Assembly (NCBI GenBank): GCA_963823665.1
Contig: CAWGMQ010000005.1
Span: 128,001 to 192,000 of the forward strand
Source: an uncultured Planctomycetota bacterium
GTDB taxonomy: Bacteria > Planctomycetota > Planctomycetia > Isosphaerales > Isosphaeraceae
Direction of reading: 5' to 3'
DNA length: 64,000 bases
Below are positions 54,704 through 64,000 of the stretch, piece by piece. The notes below the pieces were generated by a model, which searched no databases, had not been told where the DNA came from, and saw only the letters and a list, made by a program, of their open reading frames with translations. Position numbers and translations under genes: made by a program. The stretch's first letter is position 1, and each line of letters begins with the position of its first letter.

Positions 54704-55660
54704 TCAATCGCCCCCCCCTCCGCGCGAGAGCAAGAATCGGGCCTCGAGGGCGGCCCGTATCCCCCCTCCCTTCTTTCGATCCGGTGGATACCTCTCCACG
54801 CAGAGCGCCCGCGCGATGCGCCGCATGCCGCGCGATGCCGCCGCGGACGGATACGCCGTCATGAAGGGACGCCGGCCGCGGACGGCCAGCGGCACGTGGG
54901 AATCGAGCCGAATGAACCCCGGCCCAAGAGGCGCAACCACCGCGCCCCGGAATTGCCGACTGATGTTGATAATCTCATCAAGAACTTCCACTCCCTCGGC
55001 GTGCGACCGTGCCTGGTTGACAAGAACTCGCACCCGCGCGATCCGCAACTCGTGGAACCGCCTGATCGCTGCATGAGCATCCGCCAGCGAGGTCGGCTCC
55101 GTCGTGCTGACCACGACGACGTCGTCGGTTGCCGCCGCCAGACACGCAGCTCCCGAGCCCAGCCCCGAGCCTGCGTCAATCACAACGAAGTCGAAGTCAA
55201 GGGCGACCTCCTTCACTTCGCGCGCCAGTCGCTCCGCCGCATCGCCCAGATCGTTCAGGCTCGTGCGGGCTGCATGCGCTCCGGGCACCACGCGGATTCC
55301 GCAGTGCCCATCCACGATGGCATCCGCGATTTCGCACCGGCCTTGCAGCACGTCGCCCAGATCATAGCGCGGCGAAAGCCCGCCCAGGAGATCGAGATTC
55401 GCCAGCCCCACGTCGCCGTCCAGAACCAGCACGCGCTGGTCCATCTCGCCGAGCGCGATCGCCAGGTTCAGAACCAGGTTCGACGTCCCGACCCCGCCTT
55501 TACCGCTCGTGAAGAGCAAGCAATGTGCGCTCGCCGGCGCACTCGCCGTTTGAGCGCGCTCCCCTGCGCAGGATGTCCCGCCGCCGGGCAGTATGCCCGC
55601 ATCAGTTTGAGCCGGCTTGGCACCAACGAGCTGCCGCAGTTTTTCAGCCTGGTCCGACAT
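54704..55660 (-). CDS. flhG: FlhG/FleN MinD-like ATPase (variant Walker A)
   Basis: SGKGGVGTSN, DGDVGLANLD, EPTSLADA; lies between flhF and fliA. Confidence 0.85.
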   Translation of the reverse strand: MSDQAEKLRQLVGAKPAQTDAGILPGGGTSCAGERAQTASAPASAHCLLFTSGKGGVGTSNLVLNLAIALGEMDQRVLVLDGDVGLANLDLLGGLSPRYDLGDVLQGRCEIADAIVDGHCGIRVVPGAHAARTSLNDLGDAAERLAREVKEVALDFDFVVIDAGSGLGSGAACLAAATDDVVVVSTTEPTSLADAHAAIRRFHELRIARVRVLVNQARSHAEGVEVLDEIINISRQFRGAVVAPLGPGFIRLDSHVPLAVRGRRPFMTAYPSAAASRGMRRIARALCVERYPPDRKKGGGIRAALEARFLLSRGGGGD

Positions 55661-55675
55661 ACGCACTCCTCATAT

Positions 55676-56824
55676 TCAACCCAGGTTTTCCTGTCTGAGG
55701 ATCAGGCGAGCCAGCCGCTTGCGGTCTGCCGGCTCAATGTCATCCGGAACGCCCTGGCCCGTCGTGATGTAGCTGACCGGACGGCTCGAAAGCCCCAGCA
55801 CCGAAAGCAGGCCGCCCAGGCTACCCGCCTCGTCGAGCTTGGTGAGAATGAGCCGGTCCACCTGGACGGTCGAGAAACGCTCCAGCGCCGACCGCAGGCT
55901 TCGCTCCCCGGCGACCGCACTCAAGACGAGATAAACCTCGTCCGGCCGTGCTTGCTGGAGGAACTCGGAGAGCTCGCGGATCTTCACTTCGTCACGAGGG
56001 CTTCTCCCGGCCGTATCGATGAAGACCAGGTCGACTGGCCCCAGCGCGTCGAGCGCTTGAGGCATCTCGCTTGGATCGTTCACAACCGCCAGCGGCAGGT
56101 CGATGATCTCCGCATAGGTCTTGAGCTGCTCGACTGCGGCAATCCGGTAGGTGTCCACCGTGATCAGCCCGACGCGCGCTCCCTGGGCAAGCTTCAGCGT
56201 CGCCGCCAGCTTTGCGACTGTCGTCGTCTTGCCCACCCCGGTCGGGCCTACCAGAGCCACTATCCTCCGCGTGCCCGCCACCGGCCGGATCGGCGGCGCA
56301 ACCGGAATGCACTCCTCCACCGCAGTCGATAAGGCCGCGCGAATCATGTCGGGGTGCGCCAGATCTTCCGGCTCGAGCGCGTCGGCGACGAACTGCACGA
56401 GACGACGGCAGAGCACCTCGGGAACGTCGGCCTCGATCAATTGCGAGTAAGTCGGTACGAGCGCACCCGGCAGGTCCGGAAGCAGGTGCTCGATATGCCC
56501 GTGCCGGCTCAGGCTCTCGACCATCGCATGCAGCTTCCCCAGCTCTTCGCCAAATTGCACATGCATTCCGGACGGAGCTTGGGCTGCGTGCCCCTCGATC
56601 GACGAAATGACCTTGGGCACCCCACGGCCTTCGCGGTTCGCCGCGGCGTCGGCGGGCATCGTGTCGCTGGCCGTCACCTCCACCGAAGACCGCGGGCCCA
56701 GACCGAACAGGCGCCGCCGGCGCACCTCCCGAGCGGAGAGGATCACCGCGTCGCCGCCTAAGTCGCGGCGCACGCGTGTCATCGCCTCCTTCATCGTGCT
56801 GGCTCGGTACGTTTTCGAGCGCAT
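55676..56824 (-). CDS. flhF: SRP-family GTPase FlhF
   Basis: GPTGVGKTTT, DTYRIAA, DTAGR, TKLDE. Confidence 0.95.
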   Translation of the reverse strand: MRSKTYRASTMKEAMTRVRRDLGGDAVILSAREVRRRRLFGLGPRSSVEVTASDTMPADAAANREGRGVPKVISSIEGHAAQAPSGMHVQFGEELGKLHAMVESLSRHGHIEHLLPDLPGALVPTYSQLIEADVPEVLCRRLVQFVADALEPEDLAHPDMIRAALSTAVEECIPVAPPIRPVAGTRRIVALVGPTGVGKTTTVAKLAATLKLAQGARVGLITVDTYRIAAVEQLKTYAEIIDLPLAVVNDPSEMPQALDALGPVDLVFIDTAGRSPRDEVKIRELSEFLQQARPDEVYLVLSAVAGERSLRSALERFSTVQVDRLILTKLDEAGSLGGLLSVLGLSSRPVSYITTGQGVPDDIEPADRKRLARLILRQENLG

Positions 56825-56876
56825 TAACCCGGCCTTTCCGCTGTGTATGAACCGGTTTCGACCGGCGAGCTTTCAT

Positions 56877-59111
56877 TCATACAAGGGCCTCTGTCGTGGT
56901 GTAGGTCGTCACCACTTGCGGCTCTTCCTCGACCACCTTCCCCAGGATCTCGAGCGGCGTATCCCGCGGAATCTCGCGCTGAGAAAGGACCACCAGCCGC
57001 GGCAAGTCGGCCCGCGTCAGGTCTTTGAGCACGGCGCGAGCTGCGGCCGTCGTCAGGATCACCGGCGGATACCCTCCCTCGATCAGCGTGCTGACGGCTT
57101 CCGCGACAGCGTGCACGATCGCTCGGGCTGTTTCTTCACCCAGCGACTCGGCTGGTCGTGCCTCGCCCTGGCTCGCCGCGGCCAGCCGATCATCAAGCCG
57201 CGCGCCCAGGGCAGCCACCCGCAGGCGGCCATCCGGCCCGCGGTACTTCTCCGTGATCTGCCGTGCCAGGCTCCGACGAACCTGCTCGGTCAAAAGATCG
57301 ACGTCCTTCGTCTTCGCGGCGTGCACCGCCAGCGTCTCGAGTATTGTCTCCAGATCGCGAATTCCCACGCGTTCTCGCAGCAGGCTCTGCAAGACGCGCT
57401 GGAGCTCGCCGGCGCGCAACAGCCCCGGCACAACCTCGGTCGCCAGCGTTGGTGCCGATGCGCGAACCCGGTCGAGCAGCCGTTCGACCTGCTCGCGAGT
57501 CAGGATCTCGTCGGCATGGCTCGCTACAATTTCGCCGAAATGGCCCGCGATCACAGCGGCCGTTTCGAGCACCCGGCAGCCCGCCAGCTCGGCAAGCTCG
57601 CGTCCGTCGGCGTGAATCCACACCGCCGGCTGGCCGGTCACGGGGTCAACGCCGTCGCGGCCGTCAGGGCGAGTCACCAACCCCGCCGGCGGCACGGCCA
57701 GCAGCCGGCCCGCATGCGCGACCCCCTGCCCGACCACCATCCCACGAATCTTGACACGATACTCGTGTGGCGCGAGTCCGACTTGATCGTGAATCCGTAC
57801 CTGGGGAACGATCAGGCCCATCTCGCGGGCCACCCGCTGACGCACCGTCTTGAGCAGGTCAAGCAGGTTCCCGCCGCGCGTCGGGTCGGCCAGCCCGATC
57901 AGCCGGAAGCCGATCTCGAGCTCGAGCGGATCGACGTGCAACAAGTCCTCCATCCGGTCCGAACCCGCATCCGGCTGCGTGGCACCCGCCGCTTGCACCG
58001 ATTTGCTGCTCTTGGGACGAGCCGCGATCAAAGGCGATCGTTCATCGGCCCGCCCGGCTGGCAAAGCCACCGGTCGCGAGCCCCCTGCCGGAAGGCCTTC
58101 GTCAACTGCATAATCGTCGCCGCGACGAATGCCGCCGGCGATCGCCGCGGCCCCGAGCGCACCGCCCAGCGTCAGAAGCGGCACCTTTGGCAGCGGCGTC
58201 AGCGCCATGAAACCCAGGAACGCCGCGGCGGTTCCCAGCACGGCCGGCTTCGAGAACAACTGGACGGTCACATCCTCGCTCAAGTCCGTCGACGACGACG
58301 ACCGGGTCACAATCAGCCCCGCCGCCAGAGAGATCAAGAACGCCGGAATCTGGCTGACCAGGCCGTCGCCAATCGTCAGTTTCGTGAATACATTCACCGC
58401 ATCGCCCAAGCTCATACCGTGATTGATGACGCCCAGGAACAGACCCCCGACAATATTCACCAGCAGGATCACCACACCCGCAATCGCATCCCCGCGCACG
58501 AACCGGCTCGCCCCGTCCATCGCCCCGAAGAAATCGGCCTGACGGTAGACGCCCTCCCGGCGCCGGTGCGCCTCGTGCTGATCGATGAGCCCGGCTTGCA
58601 GGTCCGCATCGATCGCCATCTGCCGACCCGGCAGCCCGTCCAGCGTGAATCTCGCCGCCACTTCGCTGATTCGCGTCGCCCCCTGAGTGATCACCACAAA
58701 CTGGATCACGACCAGGATCGAGAACAGGATCACCCCCACGATCACCTGATCACCCGCGACAAATGAGCCAAACGTCTTGATCACATCACCCGCCGCATTC
58801 ACGCCTTCCTCGCCGCCTTTGGTCAGCACCAGCCGCGCCGTCGCCACGTTGAGCACCAGCCGGGTCAGCGTCGTCACGAGCAGGATCGTTGGAAACGCGC
58901 TGAACTCCTGGGGCGTGCGAATCGCCAGCGTGGTCAAGAGCACCACCACCGCGATCGTCAAATTCGCCGATAGAAGGACATCGAGCACCCCCGCGGGCAC
59001 CGGGACGACGAGCACAAGGATCGCGCCGATCAAGGCAACCGGCATCACCAGTCCGCGGAGGTAACCTCCGGCGGAACCGGCTTCACTCGCGCTCGGCGTT
59101 CTGGGAGGCAT
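56877..59111 (-). CDS. flhA: Export gate protein FlhA
   Basis: RISEVAARFTLDGLPGRQMAIDADL, FFGAMDGASRFVRGD, GDGLVSQIP. Confidence 0.95.
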   Translation of the reverse strand: MPPRTPSASEAGSAGGYLRGLVMPVALIGAILVLVVPVPAGVLDVLLSANLTIAVVVLLTTLAIRTPQEFSAFPTILLVTTLTRLVLNVATARLVLTKGGEEGVNAAGDVIKTFGSFVAGDQVIVGVILFSILVVIQFVVITQGATRISEVAARFTLDGLPGRQMAIDADLQAGLIDQHEAHRRREGVYRQADFFGAMDGASRFVRGDAIAGVVILLVNIVGGLFLGVINHGMSLGDAVNVFTKLTIGDGLVSQIPAFLISLAAGLIVTRSSSSTDLSEDVTVQLFSKPAVLGTAAAFLGFMALTPLPKVPLLTLGGALGAAAIAGGIRRGDDYAVDEGLPAGGSRPVALPAGRADERSPLIAARPKSSKSVQAAGATQPDAGSDRMEDLLHVDPLELEIGFRLIGLADPTRGGNLLDLLKTVRQRVAREMGLIVPQVRIHDQVGLAPHEYRVKIRGMVVGQGVAHAGRLLAVPPAGLVTRPDGRDGVDPVTGQPAVWIHADGRELAELAGCRVLETAAVIAGHFGEIVASHADEILTREQVERLLDRVRASAPTLATEVVPGLLRAGELQRVLQSLLRERVGIRDLETILETLAVHAAKTKDVDLLTEQVRRSLARQITEKYRGPDGRLRVAALGARLDDRLAAASQGEARPAESLGEETARAIVHAVAEAVSTLIEGGYPPVILTTAAARAVLKDLTRADLPRLVVLSQREIPRDTPLEILGKVVEEEPQVVTTYTTTEALV

Positions 59112-59491
59112 CCTCTTCCTCCACCACCCTGAAACGTGCCGCGGGCTTCCTGCCCGGAATCGAAACGCACTTGCAAAGGAAAACGGCCCGAGGGCCGATC
59201 GACGTGCTTTGTTCAGGTGGCCCTCGGCCCAGCCAATCACGGCCGCTGACACCCACGTCCAACCGATCGTCATCGTCGGGCCCGCTGTTGCGGACCGTTC
59301 CGTCGACAGCCAGTCGGAGGTCCGCATTTGCGGACCCTACCAGGAAAACGAACGGGAAGTGCAGAGTGTTGAGACGTGTGGCGGGACGATACCGCCGATC
59401 GAGGCGTGTGTCCAGACCGAATGTGAAGACCACAGCACGCCGCCACGTCAGGTCGGAACGGGATTTCAGCCGAGCCATTCGCAGGTGCGCC

Positions 59492-60514
59492 TCAGGTAGC
59501 AGGCCAGATCGCCGCGAGGTCGGCGATCAGCTCCGCCGCGATCGCAGAGCCGGCCGCGGGCCGGACCGCCAGCCGCTGCGCCAGGAGCGTCTCTTCGATT
59601 TGAGGAAGGCTGCCTGCCTCCGCGCGCCTTCGCAGCCGCAAGCCCACCGCCCCCTTCGCGACCGTCCGCACCAACACCTTCCGCGGCGGCGGCCCGCCCG
59701 CCATCACCAGCGTCAGCCCGGCCGCGCCGTTCAACAGGAAGGCCGCACCGGCAAGCAGCTCAGGTGAATCGCCGCGCATCGATCGCGCCACGCGCTGGCG
59801 CTGCGCCCGAGCCGCCGGGTCTCCCTCCATCACCCGCTGGTCCTCCCGGTGCTCTTGCGTGCTCGTTCGCAGCATGGCCTCGAAACGCCGGTACCTGAGC
59901 ACATAATCGAACAATCCCAATGTCAGCAGCGCCCCGCCCAGAATACATGATGTGCGCAGCACGATATGCCCCGCAGCCGCCGCCAGCTTCGGCCCTTCAA
60001 GGTGGCTCTGAAGCAGGAAATCACCCCAGCTCCCCCGGAGCACCCATACCGAGCCGACGACCAAGACAATCCCTTTCGCCACCGACCACGAAGATTGAAC
60101 GAGTCGCGTGGAAAGACCCTGGCCGTTCGAGAACCTCCACAGACGCTTCGGGTCCGGAACGATCTGCGAAGGCGCCCACAACCCACGAACCTGGGCCTGA
60201 TGTGCCGCGACGGACGCAACGGCGAAACCGCCCAGAATCGCCGCCATCGGCCACGCCAACCCTAGCGCGAGCCTGCGAGTATGAGTCGCGACAGCCAGGG
60301 CATCACCGGGTAATTGGGCCGGATGCACCAGCGATTCGCGCACCGCTCCCGCCAGCGCCACCGCCAGATCATGCCCGAAGAATCCCAGCAACGTCACCGC
60401 CGCCAGCCAACCCACCGCCGCCGTCAGCTCCGGGCTGTGCGCAGCCTGCCCCTGCTCCCGCGCCATCTGGCGCCGGCGTTTCGAAGGCGGCTGCGTACGG
60501 TCCTCAGACATCAT
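59492..60514 (-). CDS. flhB: FlhB-like export protein, divergent
   Basis: EDRTQPPSKRR, EGDP, VAKG; synteny; NPTH absent. Confidence 0.85.
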   Translation of the reverse strand: MMSEDRTQPPSKRRRQMAREQGQAAHSPELTAAVGWLAAVTLLGFFGHDLAVALAGAVRESLVHPAQLPGDALAVATHTRRLALGLAWPMAAILGGFAVASVAAHQAQVRGLWAPSQIVPDPKRLWRFSNGQGLSTRLVQSSWSVAKGIVLVVGSVWVLRGSWGDFLLQSHLEGPKLAAAAGHIVLRTSCILGGALLTLGLFDYVLRYRRFEAMLRTSTQEHREDQRVMEGDPAARAQRQRVARSMRGDSPELLAGAAFLLNGAAGLTLVMAGGPPPRKVLVRTVAKGAVGLRLRRRAEAGSLPQIEETLLAQRLAVRPAAGSAIAAELIADLAAIWPAT

Positions 60515-61285
60515 CGAAAATTGCTTTCATACGTCTGCCAAACGTGCGTGACCATCGCAAACAGGGTTGTCAGACTGAGCAGAATCAGGACGACGCCGAT
60601 CAGCGTGCGGATGGGCAGCGCAAGTGCGACAAACGGCAGCGACGAAGCCGCTCGGCTCAGCCATCCGATGATGATTCCCGCCAGGCACAGTGCCACCGCG
60701 ACCGGTGCCGCCGCCTGTAGCGCCAGCTCGAGCGCATGGCCAAGCTGTGCGAACGCGGCGCGGCCAGTCTCGGTTGAGATCACCAGGCCGCCAGCGGGCA
60801 CGGCCTGATAGCTGTCGATGAGAACCTTGACCAGGATCATCGGGCCGCCGAGCCCCAGAAACGCCACCACGGCAATCCACCCGTAAAGCCGGCCCAGTGG
60901 GCCGATCTCCTCGCCGGTCTCCGGGGTCCAGCAGCGTCGAGGTCGAAAGACCGGCCTGTGCGGCCACCAGCTCACCGCCCATCCTGACTCCGGCAACGAT
61001 CGTGGCAGCGAGATAGCCCAGCACCGCCCCGGCAAGCAGTTCCAGGAACGACAATGACGCCACGCTCTGCCAGCTTGCGGGGGCAACGATCGTGGGCTCG
61101 ATCACCGGAATCAACACCAGAGCGAGTGCCGCGGCCAGCCCGATCCGAAACCGCCAATCGAGCTCCGGAATCGCCAGCCCCGGCGCCGTCAGGCACAGCC
61201 CCAGCACACGCGCAAGCACAAGTGCACCCGCCGAAGCGTGCCCGAGCAGCCAGAACCAGTCGAGCTCACCGCTCTCCCAAGGCAC
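60511..61285 (-). CDS. fliR: FliR (frameshift ~60925)
   Basis: VLARVLGL..AP, GELVAAQAGL, AAPV..; synteny. Confidence 0.85.
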
Positions 61286-61323
61286 AACTCAGGTCTCCCG
61301 AAGCAGAATCGCACATATTCACG

Positions 61324-61590
61324 TCAAAGCATTTCAGGAATCGACCTGAACAGTTCCGCAGCGAACGAAACCCAGCGGCTCAAGAGCCACGGCAGAATCA
61401 CCAGCAGCACGAGTGCAACGCCGACCAGCCGGGGTACCAGCGCGACGACCGGCTCATGCAACTGCGTCAGCGTCTGCCCCACGTTGACCAGCAACCCCAC
61501 AACGAGAGCCGCAGCCAGCAGCGGCCCACCCAGCAGCAAGATCATCCGCAGCGCTTTGCGCGTCCAGTCGATCGCATGAGTCAATTCCAC
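61324..61590 (-). CDS. fliQ: FliQ
   Basis: PLLAAALVVGLLV..Q..TQLHE..LVPR..PW. Confidence 0.88.
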   Translation of the reverse strand: MELTHAIDWTRKALRMILLLGGPLLAAALVVGLLVNVGQTLTQLHEPVVALVPRLVGVALVLLVILPWLLSRWVSFAAELFRSIPEML

Positions 61591-61594
61591 TTGA

Positions 61595-62545
61595 CTACGG
61601 CCCCCCGGAAAATGTGGAAAGCAGCATCGTCGCGACCAGCATCCACCCGTCCGCCAGCACAAAGACGATGAGCTTGACCGGCGTCGCCACCAGCGACGGC
61701 GGCAGCATGAAGAGCCCCGTGGCCGCCAGCACCGCTGACACCACCAGATCGATGACCAGGAAAGGTAAATAGATAAAGAAGCCAATCAAGAGCGCCGTCG
61801 TCAGCTCGCTCAGGAGATATGCCGGCGCCACCACATAGAGCGGCACGTCTTCCGGCCTCGTCGGATCGGTGTCTGCCCGGCCAGGGCTCCGCGGTACGGC
61901 GTAATCATAAAGCGTCTCCAGGTATTCTTGATGCTTGGTTGCGATGATCTGATCAACCATGAACGCCTTGATCGGCTTGCTGCCCGCGGCCCAGGCCTGC
62001 GAAGCGGATAACTCGCCGGCGGCATAAGGGCGGATCGCGTCCTGATGCACGCGCTCGGCGTGCGGCTTCATGACCAGCGCCGTCAAGAGCAGCGCAAGCG
62101 CGGTCAAGACCTGGTTGCCCGGGATTTGCGGGCTCCCCAGCGCCTGCCGTAGCAGCATGAGCACAATGTTGATCCGCACAAAAGCCGTGACCATCAAGAC
62201 CGCGATTGGCGCCAGCGAGATCAGCCCGAAGAGCGCCACCGTCTGCACCGTGTGCATCGTGTCCTCGCGCCGGCCGAGCAGCGATTCCGGTGAAGGCGAA
62301 GATGCTTCCAGCGCCGCCGGCCGATTAGGCTCGATCGCCGCCGCGTCCGACGCTGCATCCGCAGTCTTCACCGCGCGGTCGTCCCCCGCCGCGCTCACGG
62401 CCTTCGAATCCGCACCTCGTCGTTCCGAAGCCTGTGAACCGGACTGTGCACGGCCACTCTCCGGAAATTGAAGAACGGCCAGCAGCGCGCATGCCGCGGC
62501 AAACGTCGCCCGCGCGATCAATGGCCGCATGCTGGATCGGCTCAT
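61595..62545 (-). CDS. fliP: FliP
   Basis: TAFVRI.IVL..LRQALG, PAYLLSEL, YLPFLVIDL, FVLADGW. Confidence 0.93.
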   Translation of the reverse strand: MSRSSMRPLIARATFAAACALLAVLQFPESGRAQSGSQASERRGADSKAVSAAGDDRAVKTADAASDAAAIEPNRPAALEASSPSPESLLGRREDTMHTVQTVALFGLISLAPIAVLMVTAFVRINIVLMLLRQALGSPQIPGNQVLTALALLLTALVMKPHAERVHQDAIRPYAAGELSASQAWAAGSKPIKAFMVDQIIATKHQEYLETLYDYAVPRSPGRADTDPTRPEDVPLYVVAPAYLLSELTTALLIGFFIYLPFLVIDLVVSAVLAATGLFMLPPSLVATPVKLIVFVLADGWMLVATMLLSTFSGGP

Positions 62546-63126
62546 GACACTTCTCCTTGCCCGCGGACCGGCTCTGTCGGAGAGAGAGCGATGTCATCCA
62601 GCTCGCTGATCAGTGTCGGAGCACCCTGCGGCCCGGTCCCCACCAGCAACACTCTGCCCCCCGCGCGCACCAGGTAAACCGCGTGCTTGGGTGAAAGGCT
62701 CACTCGCGAAACGACATGCAGCGCCCCTGACCCCGGCCGCAAGTTGAACCGCCGCGCCGCCAGAGCAAGCCCTCCCACTGCGCCCAGCAACACCGCAACG
62801 CTCGCCAGTGCCAGGTACCACGCGTCAGACCCGCGTTCGCGCCCAGCGCTCGAAGTCCGCCGCGGCAAGAGCAGCCGCGATGATGGCCGCGGCTGTTCCT
62901 CCACGTTCCGCGATTCCTCAACGTCGTCCAAGGCACCGCCGCCAGTGACGGATGCGATTCCGCCAGACTTCACCGGTTGATCCCCTCGTGTCTCCCGCAG
63001 CGCAGCATCCTCGCCCTTCGCCATGACAATCAGCCCGCCCGCGCCAAAAAGCAGAAATACGACGATCGCATGAGGAGTCAGCCCCGCAAGAGATTTCAGC
63101 GTCGCTCGATCTGATCGCAATGTCAT
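62542..63126 (-). CDS. fliO: FliO
   Basis: TM then LHVVSRVSLSPKHAVYLVRAGGRVLLVG; synteny. Confidence 0.8.
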   Translation of the reverse strand: MTLRSDRATLKSLAGLTPHAIVVFLLFGAGGLIVMAKGEDAALRETRGDQPVKSGGIASVTGGGALDDVEESRNVEEQPRPSSRLLLPRRTSSAGRERGSDAWYLALASVAVLLGAVGGLALAARRFNLRPGSGALHVVSRVSLSPKHAVYLVRAGGRVLLVGTGPQGAPTLISELDDIALSPTEPVRGQGEVS

Positions 63127-63145
63127 CGCCAGCCCCCCCGACAAT

Positions 63146-63953
63146 GGGCTGTTGAAAACTTGCCGTACAAGGAGCGGAGATTTCCCGGCGCGAATGCAGC
63201 GCCAAACTTCCCCCGCTTTAGAAGGGGGGGCCAGGGCGGCCTGTTGAAAACTTGCGATCTAACGAACGATGATTCCCCCCCGCATGTGTTGCGCCAACTT
63301 TCCCCCCCTTTAGAAGGGGGGGCCAGGGGGGGGCCGTCCCAGCGGCCGCCGTCAAAAAACCGTCGCGCAACAGAAAACGCCGAATCGTCCACCTCGAAAT
63401 TCCCCAATACGGCCCGCTTTTCATCAGCCCAGCGCCAGCGTGGCCTGTTGATAACTTGCAGAATACGGAGCGGAGATTTCCCGCCGCGAATGTTGCGCCA
63501 ACTTTCCCCCCCTTTAGAAGGGGGGGCCAGGGGGGGTCCGTCCCGGCGGCCGCCGTCAAAAAACCGTCGCGCAACAGAAAACGCCGAATCGTCCACCTCG
63601 AAATTCCCCAATACGGCCCGCTTTTCATCAGCCCAGCGCCAGCGTGGCCTGTTGATAACTTGCAGAATACGGAGCGGAGATTTCCCGCCGCGAATGTTGC
63701 GCCAACTTTCCCCCCCTTTAGAAGGGGGGGCCAGGGGGGGTCCGTCCCGGCGGCCGCATACCGAGAGTCGCTCGACCTCGCCACCCCGACTCCTGCTCGT
63801 ACTCGTCTTCCCGCACTCCGTGCCCCGTGCTCCGCCGTCCGTAGGCCGGGGGGGGTTCATTCCGGCGGCCGCAATCACGAAACCGTCGCTCAACAGAAAG
63901 CGCCGAATCGTGCACCTCAAAATTCGCCAACACGGCTTTCTTTTCATCAGCCC
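63146..63953. mobile_element. Tandem array of MITE-like elements (204-bp period)
   Basis: Left ends GG(G/C)CTGTTGA(A/T)AA, right ends TTTTCATCAGCCC; internal C7-TTTAGAA-G7 palindrome; units offset by 204 bp (63288, 63492, 63696). Confidence 0.75.
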
Positions 63954-64000
63954 CCCGGATACCACTCGCGGTCGATCGACCCAGCCCGAACATTTCATCA

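Noticed and set aside
54365..58766. Long plus-strand ORFs (655 and 719 aa)
   Set aside because: Antisense shadows of flhG/flhF/flhA in high-GC DNA
63123..63998. Repetitive ORFs and CRISPR-like appearance
   Set aside because: The ORFs are translations of the 204-bp repeat; inter-repeat segments are identical rather than unique spacers, and no cas genes are present

Overview
High-GC bacterial window with a planctomycete gene inventory (DUF1559 pilin-like proteins, DUF1570, DUF4058, LEVRQLM/Calx-beta protein, kinase-linked ECF sigma), most like Isosphaeraceae; the taxonomy is inferred. About 15-20 single-base frameshifts in otherwise intact genes suggest long-read indel errors, so split ORFs were stitched. 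Layout: (1) 1-18.5 kb: three TPR proteins, a RAYT-type Y1 transposase with nearby GTAG-REPs, a YfhO-like GT-C, two near-identical DUF1559 genes with a lipoprotein, and two membrane-anchored Thr-type sulfatase-like proteins with a 55-aa peptide between them. (2) 18.8-33.4 kb: envelope and housekeeping genes (GT4, LPS kinase, panB, two ArnT-like GTs, malQ, tRNA-Glu). (3) 33.6-47.7 kb: futalosine menaquinone genes interrupted by accessory cassettes (PadR/VOC, ECF-STK, HicAB, XisHI, DUF4058). (4) 53.5-63.1 kb: fliO-P-Q-R-flhB-flhA-flhF-flhG-fliA, with several hallmark motifs altered, preceded by a MITE-like tandem array. Best novelty candidates: the divergent type III export gate, and the DUF1559 locus with its conserved leader element and putative modification enzymes.
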